Source: an uncultured Gemmatimonadales bacterium
GTDB taxonomy: Bacteria > Gemmatimonadota > Gemmatimonadetes > Gemmatimonadales > GWC2-71-9
Direction of reading: 5' to 3'
Assembly (NCBI GenBank): GCA_963825055.1
Contig: CAWGSK010000035.1
Span: 1-21,968 of the forward strand
Length of the DNA stretch: 21,968 bases
The translations under genes and the position numbers were made by a program. Under the pieces are notes generated by a model. The model saw nothing but the letters and a program-made list of their open reading frames with translations. It was not told where the DNA came from and did no database searches. Below are positions 1 through 7,620 of the stretch, piece by piece (position 1 is the first letter of the stretch; each line of letters begins with the position of its first letter).

Positions 1-1
1 C

Positions 2-1339
2 ATCTGCGCGCTCCCGTTCGGGGTGATCAGCGACCTCCGGAGCCGCCGCGCCGTGATCGCGGGCGGCGTCGCCCTCTGGAGCGTCTTCACCATATTCTCG
101 GGGCTGGTGCGGGGCTTCACCCAGCTCTTTCTCTGCCGGGCGTCGGTCGGCATCGGCGAGGCGGCGTACGGCCCGGCGGCGAACAGCCTCGTCGCCGACT
201 ACTATCCCGGCCGCCGCCGCGCCTTCGCGATGGGCATTCTCTCCGCGGGCGTGGCAGTCGGCGGCGTGCTCGGCATCTACCTGGGCGGAATCCTGGAAGC
301 GCGCTACGGCTGGCGCACCGCGTTCTTTTTCGTGGGTGTCCCGGGATTCGTCTGCGCGGTGCTGGCCGCACGGCTCAGGGACCCGAGCCGGATCCTCGAG
401 ACCGTTCCCGTCGCGAAGTACCTGCGGCGGATGGAAATGGGTCTTACCCATGTCGGAAGGATGTTCATCCCGCTCCTGGTCGGGAGCGGGCTCGGCATGG
501 TGGTGGCCCTCATCCTCGACCTCTTCCTCGGCAGCGACTCGCAGTTCGACATCGCCGCCCTCAGTATCGGGATCGCGGCCGGCCTCGCAGTCAACATCTA
601 TCAGTGGGTCCGGAAGTTCCAGCTTGATGAGGCCGACGAGACGCCGTTCGGCGGCAACATCGGCGAGGCGGTCGACGAGATGTTCTCCGCAGTGCGCGTG
701 GTGTTCCGCACGCCGACCCTGGTCTACATCTTCATCGGCGGTGCGCTCATCTCGTTCGGCATGAACGGGATCGTCGGCTGGGGGCCGACGTTCATGAGCC
801 GGGAGCTTGGGCTCACGCCCGGCAAAGCCGCGGCCCTCCTCGGCAAGTGGGGCTTCATCTTCGGGACGGCGGGCATCCTGGCGGGCGGCCTCCTTGCCGA
901 CTGGCTGGGCCGCTACACCCGGCGCGCGCGAATCATCACGGTCACCGCGGGTTTCCTGATTGGCAGCCCGATCACGGTCTGGCTGCTGCTCATCCGGGAC
1001 ATCTCGCTCTTCGTTCCGGTCTCCTGTGCCGCGTTCTTCTTCCTGTCCTGGTACAACGGTCCGATCGCGGCGGTGATCTTCGACGTGGTCCCCATGCGAA
1101 TCAGCGCTACTGTGGCCGGTGCGTACCTGCTCTTCATCCACCTGGCCGGCGACGCGATCGCCTTTCCCCTGATCGGTAAGCTGTCTGACATCTTCGGCCT
1201 CGCCCAGGCCGTCCTGCTCCTGCCGCTGGTCGGCATGGTCGGCGGCCTGATCGTGCTGGGCGGGGCGCGGACGGTGGTGAAGGACATGGAGCGGCTGGGG
1301 GAAACGGTGGAGATGAAGGCGGTGGCGAGCGGCGAGTAG
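2..1339 (+). CDS. MFS transporter, spinster-like (5'-partial)
   Basis: Frame is open from base 2 (ICALPFGVISDLRSRR, MFS motif A-like). Contains RASVGIGEAAYGPAANSLVADYYP, GWRTAFF and a second motif A (GGLLADWLGR). Many hydrophobic segments; stop TAG at 1337-1339. Confidence 0.9.
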   Translation: MCALPFGVISDLRSRRAVIAGGVALWSVFTIFSGLVRGFTQLFLCRASVGIGEAAYGPAANSLVADYYPGRRRAFAMGILSAGVAVGGVLGIYLGGILEARYGWRTAFFFVGVPGFVCAVLAARLRDPSRILETVPVAKYLRRMEMGLTHVGRMFIPLLVGSGLGMVVALILDLFLGSDSQFDIAALSIGIAAGLAVNIYQWVRKFQLDEADETPFGGNIGEAVDEMFSAVRVVFRTPTLVYIFIGGALISFGMNGIVGWGPTFMSRELGLTPGKAAALLGKWGFIFGTAGILAGGLLADWLGRYTRRARIITVTAGFLIGSPITVWLLLIRDISLFVPVSCAAFFFLSWYNGPIAAVIFDVVPMRISATVAGAYLLFIHLAGDAIAFPLIGKLSDIFGLAQAVLLLPLVGMVGGLIVLGGARTVVKDMERLGETVEMKAVASGE

Positions 1340-1384
1340 CGAGCGGCGAGTGGCGAGTGGCAAGTGGTAAGGTGGTAAGTGGAG
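1322..1384. repeat. Heptamer tandem repeat (GTGGCGA/GTAGCGA/GTGGTAA variants), about 9 units, overlapping the MFS stop codon
   Basis: Read directly: gtggcga gcggcga gtagcga gcggcga gtggcga gtggcaa gtggtaa g gtggtaa. Confidence 0.9.
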
Positions 1385-1482
1385 CAGTTCTGCAACGCCG
1401 TCGGCAGTCGGAATCACTATATCCTGTCCGCCCTGTCCGCCCTCCCCGCCCCAGATCACATCCCGCCGGGCGCCCTCGGGCC

Positions 1483-1488
1483 TACCTT
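1483..1488 (+). promoter_or_regulatory. Putative -10 element (TACCTT) of a leaderless cax transcript
   Basis: TANNNT hexamer 6 nt upstream of ATG 1495, with no Shine-Dalgarno sequence. Confidence 0.5.
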
Positions 1489-1494
1489 GCGCCC

Positions 1495-2556
1495 ATGATC
1501 TTCTCCCTCCTGCTCCTCCTGGTCCCCGTCTCGCTGGTGCTGGCGTGGCTGGTATCCGCCCCGCCCCTGGTCGTGTTCGCGGTATCCGCGGCGGCGATCG
1601 TGCCCCTCGCGGAATGGACCCGGCGCGCCACGGAGCAGCTGGCCCGGCGGGTAGGGCCGTCCGTCGGCGGCCTCCTGAACGTGACGTTCGGGAACACGGC
1701 GGAGCTGGTGCTTGCCCTGCTCGTCCTGTCCGCCGGCCACGCCGAGGTGGTGAAGGCGCAGATTACCGGGTCAATCATCGGCAACAGCCTGCTGGGGCTG
1801 GGCCTGGCGGCGGTGGTGGGTGGCATCGGCCGCACGCGCCAGCGGTTCAAGCGGGCGAACGCCAGTCGACTGGGCAGCCTGCTCATTCTCTCCATGATCG
1901 CGTTGCTGGTCCCCGCGCTGTTCGACTTCACAGAGCGCGGCGTGGGCGAGCCTGGACTCGGCAGTCTTGAGGAAAAACTCAGTCTTGCCGTGTCGGTGGT
2001 GCTCATCCTGGCCTACGCGGCGAACCTCGTGTATTCGCTGGTCACGCATCGTGATGTCTTTGCCCGGGAGCATGACGGCGAGCCGGCGACCTGGTCGGCC
2101 TGGAAGGCGATTGGGGTCCTGGTGGGTGCGACCGCGGTCATTGCCCTCGAGGCAGAACTGGTTTCGGGAGCGCTCACCGCCACCGCCACTCAGCTTGGGC
2201 TGAGCGAGTTCTTCCTCGGCATTACGGTGCTCGCCGTCGTGGGAAATGCGGCAGAATACGTGGCGGCGATCTACTTCGCGCGGAAGAACCAGATGGGCAT
2301 GGTCATGAGCATCACCGTGGGCTCGACGGTCCAGGTGGCGCTCTTCATGGCCCCCGTGCTGGTTATCGTGTCCTGGCTCCTCGGGACGCCGATGAACCTG
2401 GTGTTCAGCAACCCGCTCGAACTCGTGGCCATCGCAGGAGCCGCCCTGGCTGTCAATGCCATCGCTGAGGATGGCGAGACAACGTGGTTCGAGGGAGTCC
2501 TGCTGTTGACCGTGTATCTGGTGCTGGGGGCGGCGTTCTTTTTTGTGAAACTGTAG
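1495..2556 (+). CDS. cax: Calcium/proton antiporter (CaCA/CAX family)
   Basis: Alpha-repeat motifs GLLNVTFGNTAELV and AVVGNAAEY, plus ITGSIIGNSLL, GSTVQVALF and DGETTWFEG. Start set at ATG 1495 because the upstream ORF extension is repeat-derived. Confidence 0.93.
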   Translation: MIFSLLLLLVPVSLVLAWLVSAPPLVVFAVSAAAIVPLAEWTRRATEQLARRVGPSVGGLLNVTFGNTAELVLALLVLSAGHAEVVKAQITGSIIGNSLLGLGLAAVVGGIGRTRQRFKRANASRLGSLLILSMIALLVPALFDFTERGVGEPGLGSLEEKLSLAVSVVLILAYAANLVYSLVTHRDVFAREHDGEPATWSAWKAIGVLVGATAVIALEAELVSGALTATATQLGLSEFFLGITVLAVVGNAAEYVAAIYFARKNQMGMVMSITVGSTVQVALFMAPVLVIVSWLLGTPMNLVFSNPLELVAIAGAALAVNAIAEDGETTWFEGVLLLTVYLVLGAAFFFVKL

Positions 2557-2562
2557 AAAAAC

Positions 2563-2665
2563 GGCAAGTGGCGAGTAGCGAGTAGCGAGTAGCGAGTGGC
2601 GTGGCCATCGCGACCCCACTTGCCACTTAACACTTTCCCGTTGCACTTACCACTTGCCACTTGCC
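2563..2665. repeat. Inverted heptamer arrays (GTAGCGA/GTGGCAA)n ... (CCACTTG)n between convergent cax and csoR
   Basis: Left arm 2563-2600 and complementary right arm about 2616-2665; same family as 1322-1384. Confidence 0.85.
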
Positions 2666-2673
2666 CCTCCTCT

Positions 2674-3018
2674 TCACCTCGCATTCTTATACATCAACTC
2701 CACCAGCTCCTCGTACATCGCCTCCGCCTGCTCCTCGTCGCCGGAACGGATCGCCTCCGACGCACAATGCTTCAGGTGGTTCTTCATGAGCTCGCGGGCG
2801 ACACCGCGGAGGGCCTCGTGCACCGACGACACCTGCGTCAGCACATCGGCGCAGTAGCGCTCTTCGTCCACCATGCGCTGGAGGCCGCGCACCTGGCCCT
2901 CGATCCGACGGAGCCGGGTGGTGACCGACTTCTTGATCTCGGGGTCGACGCCGACGGCGTGACTGCCGTCGCCGGGGCGGGTGCCGCAGGCACAGGGGGG
3001 AGGTGGGATGGTGGGCAT
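2674..3018 (-). CDS. csoR: Copper-sensing repressor, CsoR/RcnR family
   Basis: RLRRIEGQVRGLQRM, YCADVLTQ and HLKHC give the Cys-His-Cys Cu(I) ligand set. Lies downstream of copZ-copA. Confidence 0.92.
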   Translation of the reverse strand: MPTIPPPPCACGTRPGDGSHAVGVDPEIKKSVTTRLRRIEGQVRGLQRMVDEERYCADVLTQVSSVHEALRGVARELMKNHLKHCASEAIRSGDEEQAEAMYEELVELMYKNAR

Positions 3019-3030
3019 GGGACGGGTCCG

Positions 3031-3120
3031 TTAGTCGTTGAGTGGTTGAGTCGTTGAGTGGTTGAGTCGCAACAGCCTCGCCGTCGAGATACTACTCAAC
3101 GACTTAACGATTCAACTACT
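3031..3120. repeat. Inverted octamer arrays (GTTGAGTS)n ... (ACTCAACG)n between copA and csoR
   Basis: gttgagtg gttgagtc gttgagtg gttgagtc ... actcaacg acttaacg attcaact. Confidence 0.85.
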
Positions 3121-3130
3121 CTCCGTTCTT

Positions 3131-5452
3131 TTACGCCCTCTTCAGCCGCAAACTGTTCCCCACCACGCTCACGCTCGAGAACGCCATCGCGGCCGCGGCG
3201 ATCGCGGGGGAGAGCAATATCCCGAAGGCCGGGTAGAGAATACCCGCGGCTACCGGGATGCCGATGATGTTGTAGATGAACGCCCAGAACAGGTTCTGGC
3301 GGATTACCCGGAGCGTGCTGCGGGAGATGACGATCGCGCGGCGGACGCCCTGCAGGTCGCCGTGAACCAGGGTGATGTCTCCCGCTTCCATGGCGACATC
3401 GGTGCCGGTCCCCATGGCGATGCCGACATCCGCCTGGGCCAGGGCGGGAGCGTCGTTCAAGCCGTCGCCGGCCATGGCAACGACCTTGCCCTCGCTCTGG
3501 CGCTTCCGGATCTCCTCGAGCTTCCGCTCGGGCAGGACGCCGGCAATGACGTGATCGATGCCGACCTCCGCCGCCACCGCGTTCGCCGTGGCGGGCTGGT
3601 CCCCCGTGACCATGACGACGTCGATGCCCATGTTACGAAGTGCCCTGACAGCCTCGGCGCTGGTTGGACGGATCGGGTCGGCAATGGCGACCAGGCCCAG
3701 GAATCTCCCGCCCCGCGCGACGTAGACCAGGGTCCGGGCCTGCTCCGCCAGCCGTGTCGAAGTGCCGGCCAGTGAGGACACTGCGATGCCGTTCTCCTCC
3801 ATGAGCCGGGCGTTTCCAACCAGGACCAGTTGGCCCGCAAGGCTGCCGCGGACGCCCCGGCCGGTCACGGCCATGACACCCGCGGGGCGCTCGAGCGTGA
3901 GACCGCGATCGCCCGCGCCGGCCACGATGGCCGAGGCCAGCGGATGCTCGCTCTCCTGATCCAGCGAGGCAGCCACGGCGAGCACCTCTTCCTGCTCGTG
4001 TCCCGTCGCGGCGACCACCTCGGTCACCTGCGGCCTGCCCAGCGTGATCGTGCCGGTCTTGTCCAGCATGACGACATTGATGTGGGCCGCGCGCTCGAGT
4101 GGCTCGCCGCCCTTGATCAGCACGCCGCCCTCCGCGCCGCGACCCGTGCTCACCATGACGGCGGTCGGTACGGCGAGCCCCATGGCGCAGGGGCAGGCAA
4201 TGATCAGCACGGTCACCGCGGCCACCAGCGCATGGAGATAGGCGGGAGCCGGGCCGAGATCGAACCAGATCACGAACGTCGCAATCGCGAGGGAGATCAC
4301 CACGGGGACGAAGATCGCCGACACCCGGTCGGCCAGCTTCTGGATGGGGGCCTTCGAGCCCTGCGCTTCCTGCACCAGGCGCACGATCCGGGCGAGTGTC
4401 GTGTCCGCCCCGACCCGGACCGCCTGCATCCGGAAGGCGCCGGTACTGTTGAGCGTGGCTCCGGTGACATCGTCACCCGGGCCGCGTTCCACCGGGATCG
4501 GCTCACCGGTCAACATGGACTCGTCCACCGCGGTGTGCCCGGACGTGACCAGCCCGTCCACCGGAATGCTCTCCCCCGGCTTGACGAGGAGCTGGTCGCC
4601 GACCGCGACCTCCTCGACCGTCACGTCGGTGATCTCGTCCCCGCGCATCACATGCGCGACGGATGGCTGCAGATCCAGCAGGCGCCGTATGGCTCCGGTG
4701 GTGCGGTGCTTCGCTCGCGCCTCGAGCACGTTGCCCAGCAGGATGAGGGCGACGATCCAGGTCACCGGCTCGTAGTACACGGCCGGGGTGAGGCCGCGCG
4801 CCTCGAACCAGGGCGCGCCGAACGTCATTGCCACGCTCCAGATGAACGCGGCGCCGGTGCCGACGGCGATCAGCGTGTTCATGTCCGCGCTGTGGTGCCG
4901 GAATGCCGACCAGGCCCGTGTGTAGAAATGCCGGCCGGCCCACCCGATGACCGGCAGGGTGATGCCGAGGAGGATGAAGCGGAGCGCGCCCGCAGGCAGG
5001 TTGTAGAGCCAGGGCGTGGCGGAACTCATCCAGGCCGCCAGCGGCATCATGAGGCGCATGAACGGGTCAACCCCCGTTGTCATCACTTCGCGCATCATGA
5101 GCGGGACCGAGAGCAGCATCGCGAGGACCGCGGCCACGAAGCTCACGCCGAGCTTCCACTCCAGGCGCGCGGCACCGTGGTCCATCGCCGCGTGATTCAT
5201 CCCGTCATGGCCCGCGTGCCCGCCCATCGCGTGGTCCACCGGCATGCTTGCGCCGTATCCGGTCTCCCGGATGGTCTCGACCAGCCCTTCAGTCGTGATC
5301 GTGTCGGGGTCGAACGTCACCGTGGCCTGGTTGGTCATCAGGTTCACGCTGGCGCTGTCGACGCCGGGGGTCTTCTCCAGGGTGCGCTGGATCCGGCCGC
5401 TGCACGCGGCGCAGGTCATGCCGGTTACCGGGATGGTGGTTTTGCTGGGCAT
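3131..5452 (-). CDS. copA: Cu(I)-exporting P1B-type ATPase
   Basis: N-terminal HMA domain GMTCAAC, then [25 protein letters not shown] and the YN...MxxSS signature of P1B-1 ATPases. Start at MPSKTT (5452), 773 aa. Confidence 0.96.
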   Translation of the reverse strand: MPSKTTIPVTGMTCAACSGRIQRTLEKTPGVDSASVNLMTNQATVTFDPDTITTEGLVETIRETGYGASMPVDHAMGGHAGHDGMNHAAMDHGAARLEWKLGVSFVAAVLAMLLSVPLMMREVMTTGVDPFMRLMMPLAAWMSSATPWLYNLPAGALRFILLGITLPVIGWAGRHFYTRAWSAFRHHSADMNTLIAVGTGAAFIWSVAMTFGAPWFEARGLTPAVYYEPVTWIVALILLGNVLEARAKHRTTGAIRRLLDLQPSVAHVMRGDEITDVTVEEVAVGDQLLVKPGESIPVDGLVTSGHTAVDESMLTGEPIPVERGPGDDVTGATLNSTGAFRMQAVRVGADTTLARIVRLVQEAQGSKAPIQKLADRVSAIFVPVVISLAIATFVIWFDLGPAPAYLHALVAAVTVLIIACPCAMGLAVPTAVMVSTGRGAEGGVLIKGGEPLERAAHINVVMLDKTGTITLGRPQVTEVVAATGHEQEEVLAVAASLDQESEHPLASAIVAGAGDRGLTLERPAGVMAVTGRGVRGSLAGQLVLVGNARLMEENGIAVSSLAGTSTRLAEQARTLVYVARGGRFLGLVAIADPIRPTSAEAVRALRNMGIDVVMVTGDQPATANAVAAEVGIDHVIAGVLPERKLEEIRKRQSEGKVVAMAGDGLNDAPALAQADVGIAMGTGTDVAMEAGDITLVHGDLQGVRRAIVISRSTLRVIRQNLFWAFIYNIIGIPVAAGILYPAFGILLSPAIAAAAMAFSSVSVVGNSLRLKRA

Positions 5453-5463
5453 CTTCTTGTCGT

Positions 5464-5535
5464 CTAGAGGTCGAGAGGTCGAGTGGTCGAGGAGCTCAGT
5501 GGCCTCGACTTCTCGACTCCTTGACCTCTCGACCC
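5464..5535. repeat. Inverted octamer arrays (GGTCGAGA)n ... (CTCGACYY)n upstream of copA
   Basis: gaggtcga gaggtcga gtggtcga ... ctcgactt ctcgactc cttgacct ctcgaccc. Confidence 0.8.
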
Positions 5536-5610
5536 TCCAAAAAACCACCAGTTCACCAACCCGATCAGGATCAGGCCGGCAACCGTCACCACCACCTTCG
5601 CGATGCTCAT
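5464..5610 (-). CDS. 48-aa single-TM micro-protein [48 protein letters not shown], resembling the CupA/cupredoxin membrane anchor
   Basis: Translated by hand (below the ORF-track cutoff). ATG overlaps the copZ stop (ATGA), the stop lies 11 nt before the copA ATG, and there is one hydrophobic helix ending in NWWFF. Confidence 0.65.
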   Translation of the reverse strand: MSIAKVVVTVAGLILIGLVNWWFFGGSRGQGVEKSRPLSSSTTRPLDL

Positions 5611-5822
5611 GCTGCCGGTGCCTCGGTCGCGGTGTATCCTTCTTCCGTGATGGCTGCAATGATCTGCGCGGGGTTCACCATGTTCTCGTCATACTGCAAT
5701 TCCGCGCGTCCCATGCGGATCGAGCGGGGGGTCACACCCTGGAGATTGCCGACCGCCTTGCTTACGGCGTTCAGGCAATGTCCGCAACTCATGCCTTCGA
5801 TATGCAACACGATGTCTTTCAT
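5607..5822 (-). CDS. copZ: Copper chaperone (HMA domain), 71 aa
   Basis: [16 protein letters not shown]...ITEEGY: MxCxxC motif and C-terminal GY; first gene after the promoter. Alternative ATG at 5834. Confidence 0.92.
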   Translation of the reverse strand: MKDIVLHIEGMSCGHCLNAVSKAVGNLQGVTPRSIRMGRAELQYDENMVNPAQIIAAITEEGYTATEAPAA

Positions 5823-5871
5823 GCACTTACCCATGGTCTCAGGTTCACTTTGTTCGCCGGGTCCCGCACCA

Positions 5872-5900
5872 ACGATACATAGGGGGTGGGGGTATGTCAA
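5872..5900 (-). promoter_or_regulatory. Sigma70 promoter TTGACA-N17-TATCGT with an embedded CsoR-type operator (ACATA-GGGGGTGGGGG-TATGT, 5877-5897)
   Basis: Perfect -35, 17-bp spacer and TANNNT -10 on the minus strand. The spacer is a G/C tract flanked by an AT-rich inverted repeat, the architecture of CsoR/RcnR/FrmR operators. Confidence 0.85.
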
Positions 5901-5957
5901 TGCAGCCCCTTCCACGGTGCCCGGCCGAGGGCACAACTCCTGCTCCTTCAGGGGCGC

Positions 5958-7538
5958 ATGACGGACGCTTCCATCCCCGGCTCCGACAGGGACTTCGACC
6001 CTGACGCCCTGCCCCTCCTGCGGCTCAATCCGTGGGAGGTGGACTGGGGTGCGTTCCGGACCTGGCACGAGGCGCTCTCCGGTTCGATCGGCCCCTGGCT
6101 GCCGCACGATCTCATGGGGCTCTGGATCATGCCACCCGGGCGGGACCCCGTGCTGGTCGGGCCCGAGGCGCTGGAGCAGGACCACCTCGAGGTCCCGCGC
6201 GCCGCGCCCTACCTGCCGGCCGACGCGCTGGTTGCGCTCGAGCGCCGGGTGCGCCGGGCGTACCCCTCCGTCATGACCCAGACGGTCCGATACGGCGCCA
6301 TGGACGTCGGGCTCATCCTGATGGCTGACCTCCGCTACGGGATTTACGGCGAGGCGGAGCAGAACACGCTCAACGACGTCGCCCGGCGCATCGGACCGAT
6401 GATGGCGCGGGTCGCCCGGCGATGGGACGAGGTCAAGCTGGACGAAACCGATCCCGAGATGGAGGCCGGCGAGCGGCACGAGGACACACCGGCCGACCGT
6501 CTGGTGGAGTTGTTCAGCGAGGTGGGCAAGGCGGGCATTGAGAGCGCGACGCCTCGCGACTACGCGCGGGCCCTGGGCGACGCGCTGCTCCCGCTCCTGC
6601 CGCATGACCACCTGGAGATCCTCATCCCGGATACCGGTGGCGAGCAGTGGTACCGCCTCGCTGACCATGACTCCGGCGCGCTCTGGTCACAGCCGGCGCT
6701 GATCGTGAGCCGGAGCCACATGGACCTGGTGCGCATCTTCGAGCACGGCGACCGCTTCATCTCACCCGATACGGCCCTCGAGCCGAGCGGCCCCATCTGG
6801 CCCGTGCAGACACTGACCCAGGCGGGCGGCGGGCTCCGGAGCGCCATCGGCATCCGGCTCCATGTGCTCGACCGGGTCACGGGCTATCTCTTCATCGGTT
6901 GCCATGGCCGGGGGTTCTACTCCGCGTCCGACCTGGACCTGCTGGCGCGCGTGGGTGACCTGGTGGCGCCGCGGGTGGAGGGCTTCGTCCTCCTGTGGCA
7001 GCGGCATGTGCTCCGCGGACAGCTGAGCATGATGCGGAGCGTGCCCGGGCACCTGTCCACCCTGACCCAGGTGCTGGCCACCGCCGACGAGCTGGGCGGG
7101 GCGACGCTGCACTTCGCGCGCGAGGCCCGACAGGCCATGGGCTTCGAGCGGCTCACCTTCGCGCTTCACCATGGGGACACCCGGGTCCGCCTTTTCGAGG
7201 CGGGGGACGACCGCACCTTTGACCAGCTTGCCGAGGAGGACTGGGCCGACCGGTCATCGGCGGGGGTGCTGAAGGGGGAGCTGCCTTATGCGATCGAGAC
7301 CGACAGTGACGGGACGAGTTGCCGGGTGATCGTGCCGCTCCGGGCATTCAACCGGATCCTAGGTGCGCTGGTTGTCATGCGAACCTCCGTTTCCTACACC
7401 CGCGCGGATGCCGCTCTGGCGCAGCAGCTGGCGGATGTGATGGCGCCGTATTTCCGGATGATTGTCAAGGCGGATGAAAACAGGACGGACGAGGCGGACA
7501 AGGCGGACAGGGCGGACGCTAGCTTCGGTCGATCCTGA
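5958..7538 (+). CDS. Multi-GAF-domain protein with no recognisable output domain
   Basis: GAF-like endings occur three times: ...VGLILMADLRYGIYGEAEQNTLNDVA, LRSAIGIRLHVLDRVTGYLFIG...FYSASDLDLLARVG, and VIVPLRAFNRILGALVV...YTRADAALAQQLA. The last ~20 codons are repeat-derived. Confidence 0.75.
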   Translation: MTDASIPGSDRDFDPDALPLLRLNPWEVDWGAFRTWHEALSGSIGPWLPHDLMGLWIMPPGRDPVLVGPEALEQDHLEVPRAAPYLPADALVALERRVRRAYPSVMTQTVRYGAMDVGLILMADLRYGIYGEAEQNTLNDVARRIGPMMARVARRWDEVKLDETDPEMEAGERHEDTPADRLVELFSEVGKAGIESATPRDYARALGDALLPLLPHDHLEILIPDTGGEQWYRLADHDSGALWSQPALIVSRSHMDLVRIFEHGDRFISPDTALEPSGPIWPVQTLTQAGGGLRSAIGIRLHVLDRVTGYLFIGCHGRGFYSASDLDLLARVGDLVAPRVEGFVLLWQRHVLRGQLSMMRSVPGHLSTLTQVLATADELGGATLHFAREARQAMGFERLTFALHHGDTRVRLFEAGDDRTFDQLAEEDWADRSSAGVLKGELPYAIETDSDGTSCRVIVPLRAFNRILGALVVMRTSVSYTRADAALAQQLADVMAPYFRMIVKADENRTDEADKADRADASFGRS

Positions 7539-7602
7539 CCGCCTGACCGCCTGACCGCCTGACCGCCCGACCGCCTGACCGTCCGACCGCCCGACCGCCT
7601 GC
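7479..7602 (+). repeat. Core-hairpin element copy A: purine-rich 9-mer arm, core GGACGCTAGCTTCGGTC, 8 GACCGCCT-type octamers
   Basis: Read directly; octamers span 7537-7600. Confidence 0.9.
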
Positions 7603-7609
7603 CCCCCTT

Positions 7610-7615
7610 TATCTT
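7610..7615 (+). promoter_or_regulatory. Putative -10 element (TATCTT) of a leaderless transcript
   Basis: TANNNT hexamer 5 nt before ATG 7621, with no Shine-Dalgarno sequence. Confidence 0.5.
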
Positions 7616-7620
7616 CCCGC

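Noticed and set aside
3830..5467. Long antisense ORFs (3830-5467, 7609-9102, 11186-12958, 13283-14323, 14270-16189)
   Set aside because: They are shadow frames opposite well-supported genes, expected in high-GC DNA, and show no recognisable motifs.
5453..6668. Extended N-termini given by the ORF track for CopA (5659) and CopZ (6668)
   Set aside because: The extensions cross other genes, repeats or the promoter. Family homology starts at 5452 and 5822. The same applies to the starts at 1357, 13045 and 17900.
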